A stretch of 64,000 bases of DNA from Terriglobia bacterium (GCA_035308965.1 DATGFN010000015.1:121762-185761), one strand, 5' to 3'; counted from the first letter of the stretch, positions 10,507 to 20,673 are shown. Translations and numbers: made by a program. Notes: generated by a model not told the origin, from the letters alone.

Positions 10507-10595
10507 GGAAACTGGAAATTAGAAAATTGAAACTGGTACCAACAATTGGGGGATTACATCCATTTTCCAATTTCCAGTTTCTAATTTCCAGCTTC
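10507..10595. repeat. AT-rich nested hairpin repeat (GGAAATTAG-type units) between birA and valS
   Basis: Left arm ctggaaattagaaaattgaaactgg; right arm ccaatttccagtttctaatttccag. The 14-bp core tttctaatttccag is a perfect inverted match, and the loop is 29 nt. Confidence 0.65.
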
Positions 10596-10601
10596 CCGTT
10601 T

Positions 10602-13364
10602 CTATTTGTCTCCCAATCTTTCCAGGGCTTCTATAACTTTGCCTAGATGTTCAGTCAGTTCGGCATGTCGGCGCTCGACCCCGCGTACCACGTCGCGCGG
10701 CGCCCGGCTGACAAAGCCCTGATTATCCAACTGCTTTTTCGCCTGGCTGAGCGCCAGCTCCAGCTTTTCTTTTTCGCGCTCCAGCCGCAGGCGTTCGGCG
10801 GCGGGGTCCACCGTCTCTTGGTGCAAAATCCGAAGATCAAATGTGGCCGTGTGATGGACGCCGGCAGGCTCTCCTGTCATCCGTCCGCGGGTAAAATTCA
10901 TCGCCTGCAATCCCGCCAGCCGATGAATGGAATCCTGGTGAGCGCGAAACAGTTCCAGCACGCGCATGTCATCACAGGCCACCTGGGCGCTGGGTTTCTG
11001 TTTTTGCAGATTCAAATCGGCTTTGGCATTGCGCGCCGCGACAATTAACTCCTGCACGGTTTCAAACTGCTTTTCGGCAATGGGATCGGCCACTCGCTCG
11101 GTCACCAGATTAAAGGGCGCCAGGGAAATGGATTCCTCGCGAGGACGGCGGCCCAGCTCGTGCCAAAGCTCTTCGGTGATGAAGGGCATGAAGGGGTGGA
11201 GCAGGTGGAGGGCGCTTTCAAACACCCGCGTCAGGTTAATCCACGTTGCCAGGGTAGCGGGCTCGTCGCTGGATTTCGTGATCTCGGGCTTTACCCACTC
11301 CAGATACCAATCGCAAAACTCGTGCCAGAAAAAATGGTAGATCTTGTCCGCCGCTTCATGAAAGCGGTATTGGCCTAGGGCCTCGTTGATCTCATGAGTA
11401 GTCGTCCACAAACGCGAGAAAATCCAGTGGTCCGCCAGCGAAAGATGTTCCGGCGAAGCGGCGGGCTCAAATCCCATCCCCGGCATCGGCTTTAAGGCAT
11501 CGGCAATCTGATGCTGAACGTTTTCCGGAAGTTTGCGGAAATTCATCAGCACAAACCGGGCGGCATTCCAGATTTTATTGGCAAAGGCGCGGTAGGAATC
11601 AAACTTCTCCGGACTCACCACAATATCGGTGCCGGGCGCGGCGCTGATGGCCAGGGCAAAACGCACGGCGTCGGTTCCGTATTTCTCCGTCACTTCAAGC
11701 GGATCGATCACGTTGCCCTTGGTCTTGGACATCTTCTGGCGCTCTGCGTCCCGCACCAGGGCATGGATGTAGAGCTCGCGAAAGGGAACTTCGCCCATGA
11801 ATTTCAAGCCCATCATGATCATCCGCGCACCCCAGAAAAACAGGATGTCGAACCCCATGATCATCAGGTTCTGCGGATAAAAATAAGCCAGGTCCTGCGT
11901 TTTGTCCGGCCAACCGAGAGTGGCAAACGGCCACAAGGCGGAGCTGAACCATGTGTCGAGTACATCGGTTTCGGGGCGAAGCGATCCTGACCCGCACTTC
12001 GGGCAAACATGGGGAGTCTCGCAGGCCACAATCACGGAGTTGCAGGACAAGCAATACCACGCGGGGATGCGATGGCCCCACCAGAGCTGGCGCGAGATGC
12101 ACCAGTCGTGAATTTTGTCCATCCAGTCGAGATAGATTTTCCTGTACTGGTCGGGGACAACTTGAATTTTTCCCTCTTCCACCACCCGCACAGCAGGCTC
12201 CGCCAGGGGCTGCATTTTCATGAACCACTGGGTGGAAAGACGCGGCTCAACAATGGAATGGCAGCGCTGACAAATCCCAACGCTCAACGGGTAGTCCTCG
12301 ATTTTTTCCAGCAGCCCCTGCGCGGTGAGATCACGCACCACGGCCTGGCGCGCTTCAAACCGGTCGAGGCCGCGGTAAGGGCCGGCCTCCTCGGTCATGC
12401 GCCCGTCCTCGTCAATCACCTCGATGCGGGGCAATTTGTGGCGCTCGGCAATTTCATAATCATTGGGGTCGTGGGCGGGCGTCACTTTCACTGCGCCGGT
12501 CCCGAATTTCGGATCCACGAAGTCGTCCGCCACCACGGGAATGAATCGCTTGAGCAGAGGCAACTCGACGCGGGAATCCACCAACTCGCGGTAGCGCGGG
12601 TCGGAAGGGTTGACGGCCACCGCCGTATCGCCCAGCATGGTTTCAGGGCGGGTGGTGGCGACCGTGATGTGCCCCGGACGCTTTTCCAGCGGATAACGGA
12701 TAAACCAAAGCTTCCCCTGCCGCTCTTCGTGCACCACTTCCAGGTCAGAGACGGCGGTGCCGCAGCGAGGACACCAATTGACAATGTATTTACCGCGGTA
12801 AATCAGTCCCTCTTCAAACAGGCGCACGAATACTTCCACCACGGCGCAGGTGTAGGCGGGGTCCATGGTAAAGCGATCGCGAGTCCAATCGCAGGACGCG
12901 CCCATGCGCTTCATCTGTTCGCGAATGGTTCCGCCGTTCGCTTCTTTCCATTTCCAGCAGCGCTCGATAAATTTCTCCGGCCCCATTTCCCGTCGCCGGC
13001 GCTGCCCTTCGTGCTGCCAGGTCCTTTGGGTGGCGGGCCCAGGCTCAAGGTCAGGTAACGCCTCGCGGCCGAGTTCGCGCTCCACGATCATCTGGGTGGC
13101 GATGGAGGCGTGGTCGGTGCCCGGAAGCCAAAGCACGTTTTCGCCCTTCATGCGGTGCCAGCGCATCAAGATATCAATCTCACCGTGCTCCAGCATGTGC
13201 CCCATGTGGAGCGAGCCGGTAATGTTGGGAGGGGGAATGGTGAGGGCAAATCGTGGCCGCGTGGGATCATCGGAAGGACGATAGAGCTTCTGCTCAACCC
13301 ATTGGCGCGCCCATTGCGGCTCAATCGTTTCCGGCGAATATAATTTGGGGATTTCAGGTTCCAA
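10602..13364 (-). CDS. valS: valine--tRNA ligase
   Basis: HIGH motif (PPPNITGSLHMGHML), KMSKS motif (KMSKTKGN), 920 aa and a C-terminal coiled coil. Confidence 0.95.
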   Translation of the reverse strand: MEPEIPKLYSPETIEPQWARQWVEQKLYRPSDDPTRPRFALTIPPPNITGSLHMGHMLEHGEIDILMRWHRMKGENVLWLPGTDHASIATQMIVERELGREALPDLEPGPATQRTWQHEGQRRRREMGPEKFIERCWKWKEANGGTIREQMKRMGASCDWTRDRFTMDPAYTCAVVEVFVRLFEEGLIYRGKYIVNWCPRCGTAVSDLEVVHEERQGKLWFIRYPLEKRPGHITVATTRPETMLGDTAVAVNPSDPRYRELVDSRVELPLLKRFIPVVADDFVDPKFGTGAVKVTPAHDPNDYEIAERHKLPRIEVIDEDGRMTEEAGPYRGLDRFEARQAVVRDLTAQGLLEKIEDYPLSVGICQRCHSIVEPRLSTQWFMKMQPLAEPAVRVVEEGKIQVVPDQYRKIYLDWMDKIHDWCISRQLWWGHRIPAWYCLSCNSVIVACETPHVCPKCGSGSLRPETDVLDTWFSSALWPFATLGWPDKTQDLAYFYPQNLMIMGFDILFFWGARMIMMGLKFMGEVPFRELYIHALVRDAERQKMSKTKGNVIDPLEVTEKYGTDAVRFALAISAAPGTDIVVSPEKFDSYRAFANKIWNAARFVLMNFRKLPENVQHQIADALKPMPGMGFEPAASPEHLSLADHWIFSRLWTTTHEINEALGQYRFHEAADKIYHFFWHEFCDWYLEWVKPEITKSSDEPATLATWINLTRVFESALHLLHPFMPFITEELWHELGRRPREESISLAPFNLVTERVADPIAEKQFETVQELIVAARNAKADLNLQKQKPSAQVACDDMRVLELFRAHQDSIHRLAGLQAMNFTRGRMTGEPAGVHHTATFDLRILHQETVDPAAERLRLEREKEKLELALSQAKKQLDNQGFVSRAPRDVVRGVERRHAELTEHLGKVIEALERLGDK

Positions 13365-13515
13365 TGTTTGCTTTCCTCAACGGTAAACCCTGCCCGGAGC
13401 GGCAAACGTGGTTCATCCGCTCTAACGGCAGGGCCAGTATCGCTAATGAATTCAAATAACTATAGCCTTTGGCCCGAATTCAGTCAAATTTCGGGCGTCG
13501 TGTGGCGCGCCACGA

Positions 13516-14871
13516 TTAGTTCTTGTGGAGGGAAGGAGCGCTTAGCTCAGCGGTGATTTCGCTGGAGATGGGTTTGGCGATTTCCTCAATGGCTTTAGGA
13601 GAGAGTCGCGGAGACATCTTGGCAACAACCAGGTAAACGATGGAATAAACTTGTGACGGATCGAGGGTTTGGGGCAATCCTGCCTCAGGAGCGGGAGCTG
13701 CTACAGCTGCTGGCGTCTCTTCCGGGATAAGCCCGGCATCCTGCGACACAGCAGGGGGCGCCTCCTCAGCGGCGGCGGGTTCTGGCTCAACCGCATGGGG
13801 AGCGAGCCGGACGCTCCCGGCAGCGGCTTCGCTTAACGAAAAACTTTCGAGTGTCGTTGGTGAAACCGGAGCGGATTCTTCCACTTCACTCGGCCCGGCC
13901 GCAGGAGCCGCTTCCGGAGGAGCTTGAATGGACATCGCTTCCGCGGATTGCTCCTCAAGGATGGGCGGGGGCGCATGCTCCGGAGCAGGCGCGAGTTCGT
14001 CGCTCAAAACCGGTTGCGCGATGTCCGCCGGCGCGCGAAACATAATGGTGCGCTCGGTAACATGCTCGTGCGGATGTTCGTGTTCCTCATGGTGCTCAGG
14101 GGCGGCTTGCTCTTCAATCAGCACCGGTTCGGCGGGCGCTGGAGTTTCCGTAGCCTGGATTACGGGCATCTCGGCGATAAATTCCGCCGGAGCTGCTGAA
14201 GCGTGGGGGTCTTCCACCTCAATGATGGGCTCTTCGGTGATCTGAGGAGCTGCCTCTATCACATGGGAAGGCTCAGGCTGAATTTCGAATTCAGCCGATG
14301 GCGCGGGCTCAGCAGGTGCAGGTTCAGCCTGAATCTCTTCCAGCGCCTCGGCAAATGCCATTCCGCCGCCGAATTGCGAGAAGTCCGGGGTGGCTTCTTT
14401 GGGGGCAATCTCGGGCTCTTCATCCACAGGCTCATTTACAAAAGTGGGTGGAGCTGCGGGTTTCACTACGGGAACGGGCTCGGGTTTGGCTGCGGCAGCC
14501 TCGGCGATGGCGAGGTATTTGTTTACCGTGGAAATCAACTCATCACGGTCAAAAGGTTTCTTGATCCGGGCGTCGGCGCGGACGCGCGATCCCCTTTGCT
14601 CGTCCAAAACGTCGTCATCACTGAAAACGAGGATTACGGGCACATTGGCATATTCCTTTGAGCCTTTGACGAATTCGCAGACCTCATAGCCGTCCTTGCC
14701 CGGCATGGCAATGTCAGCCAGAATCACCATGGGAAGAACGGTGGGCAGCTTCTTAATTGCGGCTACGCCGTTCGACACGGTGACAACTTCCAAGCCCTCG
14801 CCCGTCAATACTCCGCTGGCTTTCTTTTGAACGGTTGGGCTGTCGTCCGCGATTAAAACCTTACGCGCCAC
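13516..14871 (-). CDS. response regulator (CheY-like receiver) with about 330-aa Pro/Ala/Glu-rich low-complexity C-terminal region
   Basis: The N-terminus (MARKVLIADDSPTVQ...ILADIAMPGKDGYEV...KKPF) is a receiver domain. The remainder is a PAE-rich tract ending in a short conserved tail. Confidence 0.75.
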   Translation of the reverse strand: MARKVLIADDSPTVQKKASGVLTGEGLEVVTVSNGVAAIKKLPTVLPMVILADIAMPGKDGYEVCEFVKGSKEYANVPVILVFSDDDVLDEQRGSRVRADARIKKPFDRDELISTVNKYLAIAEAAAAKPEPVPVVKPAAPPTFVNEPVDEEPEIAPKEATPDFSQFGGGMAFAEALEEIQAEPAPAEPAPSAEFEIQPEPSHVIEAAPQITEEPIIEVEDPHASAAPAEFIAEMPVIQATETPAPAEPVLIEEQAAPEHHEEHEHPHEHVTERTIMFRAPADIAQPVLSDELAPAPEHAPPPILEEQSAEAMSIQAPPEAAPAAGPSEVEESAPVSPTTLESFSLSEAAAGSVRLAPHAVEPEPAAAEEAPPAVSQDAGLIPEETPAAVAAPAPEAGLPQTLDPSQVYSIVYLVVAKMSPRLSPKAIEEIAKPISSEITAELSAPSLHKN

Positions 14872-14981
14872 TCATGGCCTCCTGTTTTGGGGTCAATGAT
14901 TCGCCGCCGTGAGAAATACCATTTCGGGACGCTGAAGTCAAGGCGCAATCGCAGTCGTCTCATTTCGCAGGCCTCCGGAGC

Positions 14982-15407
14982 TTAAGGATAAACCCGATAA
15001 AGGAGCCAGTAAACCATCACTCCGGTAATGGATACATAGAGCCAAGCCGGGAGTGTCCATCGCGCGATGCGCTTGTGCAGGTCGAATCGTTTTTTCCAGG
15101 CGCGATAAAGCGTGGTTAGGATCAGGGGAACAATCAACGCCGCCAAAATTGTGTGTGAACCTAGTAAAGTGAAATAAAAGGGGCGAATCAGGCCCTGCCC
15201 CATGAAACGTGTGACACCATGATGCGCGTGGTACCAGAGGTAGCAGACAAGAAATAGCGAGGACGTCCCAAACGCCGATAGCATGCAGATTTTATGAGCC
15301 AGGATGCGTTTATTGCGTATGAAGTAGTAACCGAGGGTCAGCAGGACGGCACTGGCGGCGTTCAGCGAGGCGTCGAGCGCCGGAAAATCAGAGAGGGGAA
15401 GGATCAC
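14982..15407 (-). CDS. DUF420 family membrane protein
   Basis: 4-TM protein of 141 aa with the pattern LNAASAVLLTLGYYFIRNKRILAHKICM. DUF420 proteins commonly accompany heme-copper oxidase genes. Confidence 0.55.
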   Translation of the reverse strand: MILPLSDFPALDASLNAASAVLLTLGYYFIRNKRILAHKICMLSAFGTSSLFLVCYLWYHAHHGVTRFMGQGLIRPFYFTLLGSHTILAALIVPLILTTLYRAWKKRFDLHKRIARWTLPAWLYVSITGVMVYWLLYRVYP

Positions 15408-15468
15408 GGGTTGAGTTTACAGTTGATAGCTGACTGTTGAAAGTTAAAAACAAAGGCGAATAGCCGCC

Positions 15469-16362
15469 TTAAGCTTTATGGGCAATCAGGAAAAGCCTGC
15501 CTGATCCGAGCTTGAACGGCTCCAGGTCAAACGAGCTAAATGCTTGGGTGCGTGAGAATCCGGCCTCCTCGAGCAGGTGACAGATCTCTCGATAGGTGTA
15601 AACGCGATCGGATGAAGTTTTCTTCTCCTCTTTCCCGTTTCGCACAAAAGTGTATTCGGTTTCCATGCGTCCGTGAACGTGGTCCCACCGGTTCTCTTCA
15701 AGAAAGAGGATGTCGCCCACACGCACCCACTCGCGTTCTCGGACAATGGGCAGCACCACTTCTGCCACCCGGCTGGCATCGAGGACGAACCGGCCTCCCG
15801 TATTGAGGGCGCGAAAAACGGATTTCAGAAAACCGGCATGCCCCGCGTCATCGAAGTATCCGAAGCTGCCTCCCATACAGAAGGCCGCGTCAAAATGCTC
15901 CGCCCAATCCATGCGGCGCATATCACCTTGTTTCCAACCAATATTCATGCCCTTCGCAGAAGCCTTGCGCCGGCCCTCTTCCAGAAATGCCGGGGCAAAA
16001 TCGAGTCCGGTCACCTGGAAGCCGCGCGACGCCATGGCGAGCGAGAGCCGCCCTTCACCGCAGGGAACATCCAATACCTTTGCGGAGGGGGCGAGGGCGA
16101 GTACCTTCTGAAGAAAGTCCGCCTCGGCCTGGGTTTGTTCTTCGGAAAAAACCTGGCGCCACATGTCCAGGGCAATTCCGTCGAAAAAACTCTCCCACCA
16201 TTCTTGGGACACAATCCACCCACTTTTGTCGACAGATTCCTTGCGGTCGGACGTGGTTAACTCGAGGCTTGGCCGGAAGGCACACTGGGCGGCTCGGCGG
16301 AGTCCGGTTTCTTCTTCGCGTGTTCCATCGCCCGCTTTAGCTCTCCCGTGAAAACGGACCAT
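15469..16362 (-). CDS. class I SAM-dependent methyltransferase
   Basis: Motif I VLDVPCGEGRLSLAMA...GLDF. The true start is probably downstream of the track start, because the track ORF overlaps the upstream small gene. Confidence 0.7.
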   Translation of the reverse strand: MVRFHGRAKAGDGTREEETGLRRAAQCAFRPSLELTTSDRKESVDKSGWIVSQEWWESFFDGIALDMWRQVFSEEQTQAEADFLQKVLALAPSAKVLDVPCGEGRLSLAMASRGFQVTGLDFAPAFLEEGRRKASAKGMNIGWKQGDMRRMDWAEHFDAAFCMGGSFGYFDDAGHAGFLKSVFRALNTGGRFVLDASRVAEVVLPIVREREWVRVGDILFLEENRWDHVHGRMETEYTFVRNGKEEKKTSSDRVYTYREICHLLEEAGFSRTQAFSSFDLEPFKLGSGRLFLIAHKA

Positions 16363-16580
16363 ACAACGTTTAACATAAACACGCCGCCAATGGTCAGGCT
16401 AATAATTGTCAGGGCGATGCCATCCAAAGTCAAAATTTGACCGGTCATGACGAGATAGGCGAAGACACCGAGCGAGATCAGCCCGGCAAGAAGGCAGAAG
16501 CCGAATAAGATGAGCGTCTCAAGCATGGAGGTTTGTTCCTTGCCCCGCGTAATGCCCTGAGGATCCTGAAAATCCGGCAT
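16257..16580 (-). CDS. small two-TM membrane protein (hypothetical)
   Basis: ORF with two predicted hydrophobic helices (LILFGFCLLAGLISLGVFAYLV and IALTIISLTIGGVFMLNVVW). Confidence 0.35.
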   Translation of the reverse strand: MPDFQDPQGITRGKEQTSMLETLILFGFCLLAGLISLGVFAYLVMTGQILTLDGIALTIISLTIGGVFMLNVVWSVFTGELKRAMEHAKKKPDSAEPPSVPSGQASS

Positions 16581-16625
16581 TGGTCAAACAGGAGTTCACA
16601 GTCTGCCGTTGAAGTCTGGTTGAGA

Positions 16626-17558
16626 TCAAAACAAAACCTTGTCCACGATCATGAGACCAAAAATCAACGGCAAATAAAATACGGATGCCAGGAGGAGGCG
16701 CCGTGCCAGCAACTTGGACCGTACCTTGGCCGTCAGAACGCCGCAATAAAGGAGGCCCAGCCCCAAGGGGAGCGCACCCATGAAATAAACCCAGCCCATC
16801 TGGCCCAGCCAGGTGGGGAGCAAGCTGATCGGCAAGAGAGCGAGCGAGGTCACGAGAATCTGCCGCGCGGCCTTTCGCCCTTGTGGGTCATCGGCCGGAA
16901 GCATGAAAAGTCCCGCCCGTTCGTAATCCTCGCGGTACATCCAGGCGATGGAAAGAAAATGCGGGAACTGCCATATAAAAAGGATGGCGTATAGCGTCCA
17001 AGCTTCAAGATTCAGGGTACCGCGCGCCGCCGCCCACCCAATCAATGGCGGCATGGCCCCCGGAAAAGCGCCCACCAGCGTGCAGTAGGTAGTTTTCCGT
17101 TTGAGTGGAGTATAAAGAAGAAGGTAGCTCGCAAGAGTAAGGAACGCCAGGGCACTGGCTAGAAAGTTGGCTGCCCACCAGAGGTATAAACAGCCGCCCA
17201 CTGAAAGGATAATTCCAAACCACAGGGCTTCCGAAGGCGAAAGTCTTCCCGCGGGCAAGGGTCGATTGGCGGTTCGCCGCATGCGGGCGTCAGACTGGCG
17301 TTCAAACCATTGGTTCAGGGTCGCCGTGCCACTTGCCACCAGTAGAGTGCCGGCAAGGGTGTGGAACAGGAGCAAATAATTCACCGGGCCGCGCCAACCA
17401 AGGTAGAAACCCGCAAGCGAGCTGGCTACAACCAGCGAATTCACCTCGGGCTTGGTGAGCGTCCAATAGTCCCCGAGTTTGCCGCGCCACCCGGCCCCGA
17501 CCGCGCGGGGCAGCGGATTGACTGCCGCGATCACCGAGTTGTCTACAACGCTGCCCAT
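16626..17558 (-). CDS. ctaB: protoheme IX farnesyltransferase (heme O synthase)
   Basis: UbiA-family motifs (NQWFERQSDARMRRTANRPLPAGR). Start assigned to the ATG at 17558, which lies 10 nt after the ctaA stop; the long N-terminal track extension overlaps ctaA. Confidence 0.85.
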   Translation of the reverse strand: MGSVVDNSVIAAVNPLPRAVGAGWRGKLGDYWTLTKPEVNSLVVASSLAGFYLGWRGPVNYLLLFHTLAGTLLVASGTATLNQWFERQSDARMRRTANRPLPAGRLSPSEALWFGIILSVGGCLYLWWAANFLASALAFLTLASYLLLYTPLKRKTTYCTLVGAFPGAMPPLIGWAAARGTLNLEAWTLYAILFIWQFPHFLSIAWMYREDYERAGLFMLPADDPQGRKAARQILVTSLALLPISLLPTWLGQMGWVYFMGALPLGLGLLYCGVLTAKVRSKLLARRLLLASVFYLPLIFGLMIVDKVLF

Positions 17559-17568
17559 TAATTTTCCT

Positions 17569-18513
17569 TCAAACCGCAACGTTTTCCCGCATCGAAGAGA
17601 GCTCCGGGGCCGCATCGGGCGCCGCGACAAACCGGTAAGTCTGATAGGTAAGCGCCAAACTGGCCGCCAGAACCAACGCGCCCACCGCAACGTGGGTGGT
17701 GGTGACCAGAACCACGGGCGGCAAGGGCTGGGGTGCGTTTTGATTTGTCCAAACTTCCCAATAGGAGCCAACGCCGAGGGCCACCTGCGCCACCAGCAAC
17801 CCGGTGAGCAGCCCAATGGGCCGCGTGAGATGGCGTTCGGTTCTAAATTCGATGAGCACCCGCACCAGCATCCAAACCACTGCGATAGTTACCAGGCCCG
17901 CTCCCACCACGTGAGGGATGATTCCAAACCCATGATGACGGAAAGCCGCGCCCATCATGAGCTGAAGAAAAATCAAAACCGTCGTAGCCGTGGCCAGCCG
18001 TCGAAGAGAAACCGTTGAGGTTTCTCTTGCCTTGGGCTCGTCCCAACCCCAGCCCGGTTGGGTAAATAATGCGAGGCTTACCATGATGCAGAAAAAAGCC
18101 TGGGCCAAACAGGCGTGAGCCACGGAAACATCCACGGGCAAAAAGAAAAGGACCGTGATGCCGCCCAAAATGGCTTGCGCAAAGATGGTGAGGACAGCAA
18201 TCGCGCCCAAGCGGCGCACCCATCGTCGCGGCTCATACCGCCAGAGACAGGCCGCGAGAATCAGGGTGAAAATCACCACCGTCCCCGCCACCATGCGATG
18301 TCCGTGCTCGAACTTGACGCCCCCCACCATGCGCGGCATGCGAAAGGTCCCAAACGAAGTCGGCCAGTCCGGAACGGAAAGGCCTGCATCATTGGACGTC
18401 ACCAGCGCCCCGGCGATAATCAAAATGAAAGTGGCGGCGGCAACAAACGTCGCGTAGCGGTGCAGCCATCTTTGCTGTAAGGTCTGTGCCATTTTCGAAG
18501 CTATGCATTCCAA
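17569..18513 (-). CDS. ctaA: heme A synthase (COX15/CtaA)
   Basis: 8-TM protein with a CtaA/COX15-like N-terminus (ATFVAAATFILIIAGALVTSNDAGLSVPDWP) and conserved His-bearing helices. Confidence 0.85.
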   Translation of the reverse strand: MECIASKMAQTLQQRWLHRYATFVAAATFILIIAGALVTSNDAGLSVPDWPTSFGTFRMPRMVGGVKFEHGHRMVAGTVVIFTLILAACLWRYEPRRWVRRLGAIAVLTIFAQAILGGITVLFFLPVDVSVAHACLAQAFFCIMVSLALFTQPGWGWDEPKARETSTVSLRRLATATTVLIFLQLMMGAAFRHHGFGIIPHVVGAGLVTIAVVWMLVRVLIEFRTERHLTRPIGLLTGLLVAQVALGVGSYWEVWTNQNAPQPLPPVVLVTTTHVAVGALVLAASLALTYQTYRFVAAPDAAPELSSMRENVAV

Positions 18514-18821
18514 GGCGCAACCGCGGCGTTCGGCGCATCGTGATTTGCCGGGTCTGGGTGAAACTCTGTCCCATCGTCAACGCCCGCGTTAAAGCTATTC
18601 CGCCGGCGGAATAGCACACCAAAAATCAAAATGAACATCAGGAGCGAAGGGAACATCATCACCAGCACACCCGTCCTCAGTGCCTGCAACATTCCCGGAG
18701 CTTGCGTAGCGGCGTTCTGGTAACATGCGGGGCAGGTCTGAGCCAATGCCACGCTGGAACTCGCAAGCGCGGCAAGACCCGCCGAAATTCGCAGCAACTT
18801 TGCCCGAATTGGATGCTGTAA

Positions 18822-18859
18822 ATCTGAAATTTGAAATTTCAGATTTGAAATTTGAAATC
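18822..18859. repeat. AT-rich palindrome TCTGAAATTTGAAATTTCAGA followed by GAAATTTG repeats
   Basis: Read directly. The longer track ORF 18501..18893 translates through this palindrome (SGFQISNLKFQISDLQ), so that N-terminus is not real. Confidence 0.6.
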
Positions 18860-18973
18860 CACTTTTCACGATCTGCCGTCCCCTACTTTCCACGTCATGT
18901 CTTCCACCTTCTCCGCACCAAGTCGCCGCTTTTTCTCAGTTCATCATTCATAATTCATCATTCATACTTTCTT

Positions 18974-19288
18974 TCAGTGCACCTTCATCGCCAGAATGCG
19001 AAGACTGTCTGGAAACACCACAAACAACATTCCCACCACAAACAGCAACGCCGGCATCAGGGTCAGGATCAGACTGCGGCGCTCATACCGGAGGTGCATG
19101 AAATAAGCGATGATGAGCGACGCTTTAATAAGCGAGAGGCCCATCAACAGGGCGAGCATCAGCTTCAGTTCCAATTGCTCATAGGCCAGGATGACTTCGA
19201 TTGCGGTCATCCCCAGCAGCGAAAACCAAACGGTGAAAGTCACCTTCTTGCTGATTTCATCGTGGGCATGTTCACTGGTTGCGCTCAT
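18974..19288 (-). CDS. cytochrome c oxidase subunit IV (prokaryotic CtaF/CoxD-like)
   Basis: 104-aa 3-TM protein containing AYFMHLRYE, resembling bacterial oxidase subunit IV. It sits immediately downstream of the subunit III genes. Confidence 0.6.
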   Translation of the reverse strand: MSATSEHAHDEISKKVTFTVWFSLLGMTAIEVILAYEQLELKLMLALLMGLSLIKASLIIAYFMHLRYERRSLILTLMPALLFVVGMLFVVFPDSLRILAMKVH

Positions 19289-19358
19289 TCGATCTCAAAC
19301 CTCCAATTTTAGCTGCGGCCGGCGCCTGTCCCTGGAAAGGGAGACCGCCTTCAGCCCA

Positions 19359-20000
19359 TCAAATTTTTGCCGACAGCAGATAGACCAGCGGGAAGATGAA
19401 CATCCAAACCAAATCGACAAAATGCCAATACAGTCCGGCGACTTCCACCACTTCATCGTTATATTTTCCCCGCGCCGTACCCAAGGCCACCACGGCAAGA
19501 TAGAAAACCCCGATGGTGACGTGGGTCATGTGCAGGCCGGTCAATCCGAAAAATGTTGCGCCAAACAACGGCGTGCCCCATGGATTTCCCCAGGGAGTCA
19601 CGCCCTGGTGAAACAATCCAAACCATTCCCGAAGGTGGAGGATGTCAAACAAGACTCCCCCCATCAGCGTCGCAAAGAGCCAACCTGCCGCGCGTTTGGG
19701 AATGCCCATCTTGGCGGCGCGCACGCCCAGCACCATGGTGACCGAACTGCTGAGCAGGACCAGGGTCATCACGGTGGCGTTGATGACGCTGGCTGATTCA
19801 AAGGGTCTCGGCCACGTTTCGGTCGAGGTGCGTGTATAACTATATGCAACCAGCAGTGCGGAGAAGGTGATGGCGTCGGAAACGATGAACAGCCACATTC
19901 CCAGCTTGTTCGAACCGATGGCGTACGGAGATCCGCCCCCGGACCAAATCGTTTCACGCCCCCCGGGAGTGGCGGTTAAATCCTGAGCATGGCTCGACAT
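19359..20000 (-). CDS. cytochrome c oxidase subunit III
   Basis: COX3-family helices (GMWLFIVSDAITFSALLVAYSY...LYWHFVDLVWMFIFPLVYL). Confidence 0.8.
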   Translation of the reverse strand: MSSHAQDLTATPGGRETIWSGGGSPYAIGSNKLGMWLFIVSDAITFSALLVAYSYTRTSTETWPRPFESASVINATVMTLVLLSSSVTMVLGVRAAKMGIPKRAAGWLFATLMGGVLFDILHLREWFGLFHQGVTPWGNPWGTPLFGATFFGLTGLHMTHVTIGVFYLAVVALGTARGKYNDEVVEVAGLYWHFVDLVWMFIFPLVYLLSAKI

Positions 20001-20001
20001 C

Positions 20002-20673
20002 CTATAACCTCACCGTAAGCAGAAGTAGGAGATAAATCCACAGCCCGTCCATAAAATGCCAATAGATGGCGGTCACATCCACCGCCACGCGCTTTTTCAG
20101 GCCAACTGCCAACTTCGGAGCCTTCCAGACAAGGTAGAAAAGCGCGCCCACACCACCCAGCAAGTGCAGTCCGTGCGCCGCCGTCAGCAGGTAAAAGAAC
20201 GAACTGCTGGGATTGGTGGAGAGATACACGCCATGCGACGCCAGTTCGCGCCAAGCGATCAGTTGACCGCCAATGAAAGCGATGCCGAGGATTGTGGTGA
20301 CATTGAGCCAAAGCTTGAAATCGCGGGCTCTGCCGGCGTCGAGCGCTCTGCGAGAAAATTCGAATGCCAGACTGCTGGCCAGCAGAAGGAGAGTATTGAA
20401 ATAAAGAATGCGCGGTAGCGCAATCGCTGTCCAGTCGGACGATGCGCCCTTGCGGACAACCATCGCGCTGGTGAAAGCCGCGAACAACATTACAATGGCG
20501 ACGAGCGCCATCCACATGCCGGTACGATAGGTACGCGCCGGCACGCTCCATTCCCGGTTTTCTCTTCCGCCATCCCTTCCGTACCCGCGCCCGCCGAAAC
20601 CATTCCCGCCGCCTCCCGTCGCATTGCTTCCCGGCGGAGTTGTAAGTCTGGGCGGAGTGAGAACAGTTGCCAT
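20002..20673 (-). CDS. second cytochrome c oxidase subunit III-family protein (paralog with Gly-rich N-terminal extension)
   Basis: Contains ...AIYWHFMDGLWIYLLLLL, a COX3 signature. It sits in tandem with the preceding COX3 gene, separated by 1 nt. Confidence 0.7.
   Translation of the reverse strand: MATVLTPPRLTTPPGSNATGGGGNGFGGRGYGRDGGRENREWSVPARTYRTGMWMALVAIVMLFAAFTSAMVVRKGASSDWTAIALPRILYFNTLLLLASSLAFEFSRRALDAGRARDFKLWLNVTTILGIAFIGGQLIAWRELASHGVYLSTNPSSSFFYLLTAAHGLHLLGGVGALFYLVWKAPKLAVGLKKRVAVDVTAIYWHFMDGLWIYLLLLLTVRL

Noticed and set aside
12009-13058. 349-aa plus-strand ORF inside valS and similar long antisense ORFs (25263-25892, 15673-16260, 37404-38315, 45246-46112, 61231-61944, 46479-47039, 47175-47804)
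   Set aside because: Each overlaps a well-supported gene on the other strand and shows no motifs; all are Arg/His/Gly-rich. They are high-GC shadow ORFs.
17559-17816. 86-aa N-terminal extension of ctaB in the track ORF
   Set aside because: It overlaps the 3' end of ctaA on the same strand in another frame. The ATG at 17558, 10 nt after the ctaA stop and preceded by GGAA, gives a normal-length CtaB.
18501-18893. 130-aa membrane ORF downstream of ctaA
   Set aside because: Its first roughly 25 codons are a translation of the AT-rich palindrome at 18822-18859. A short real membrane protein may exist, starting near MLQALRTG, but no family could be assigned, so it was not listed as a feature.
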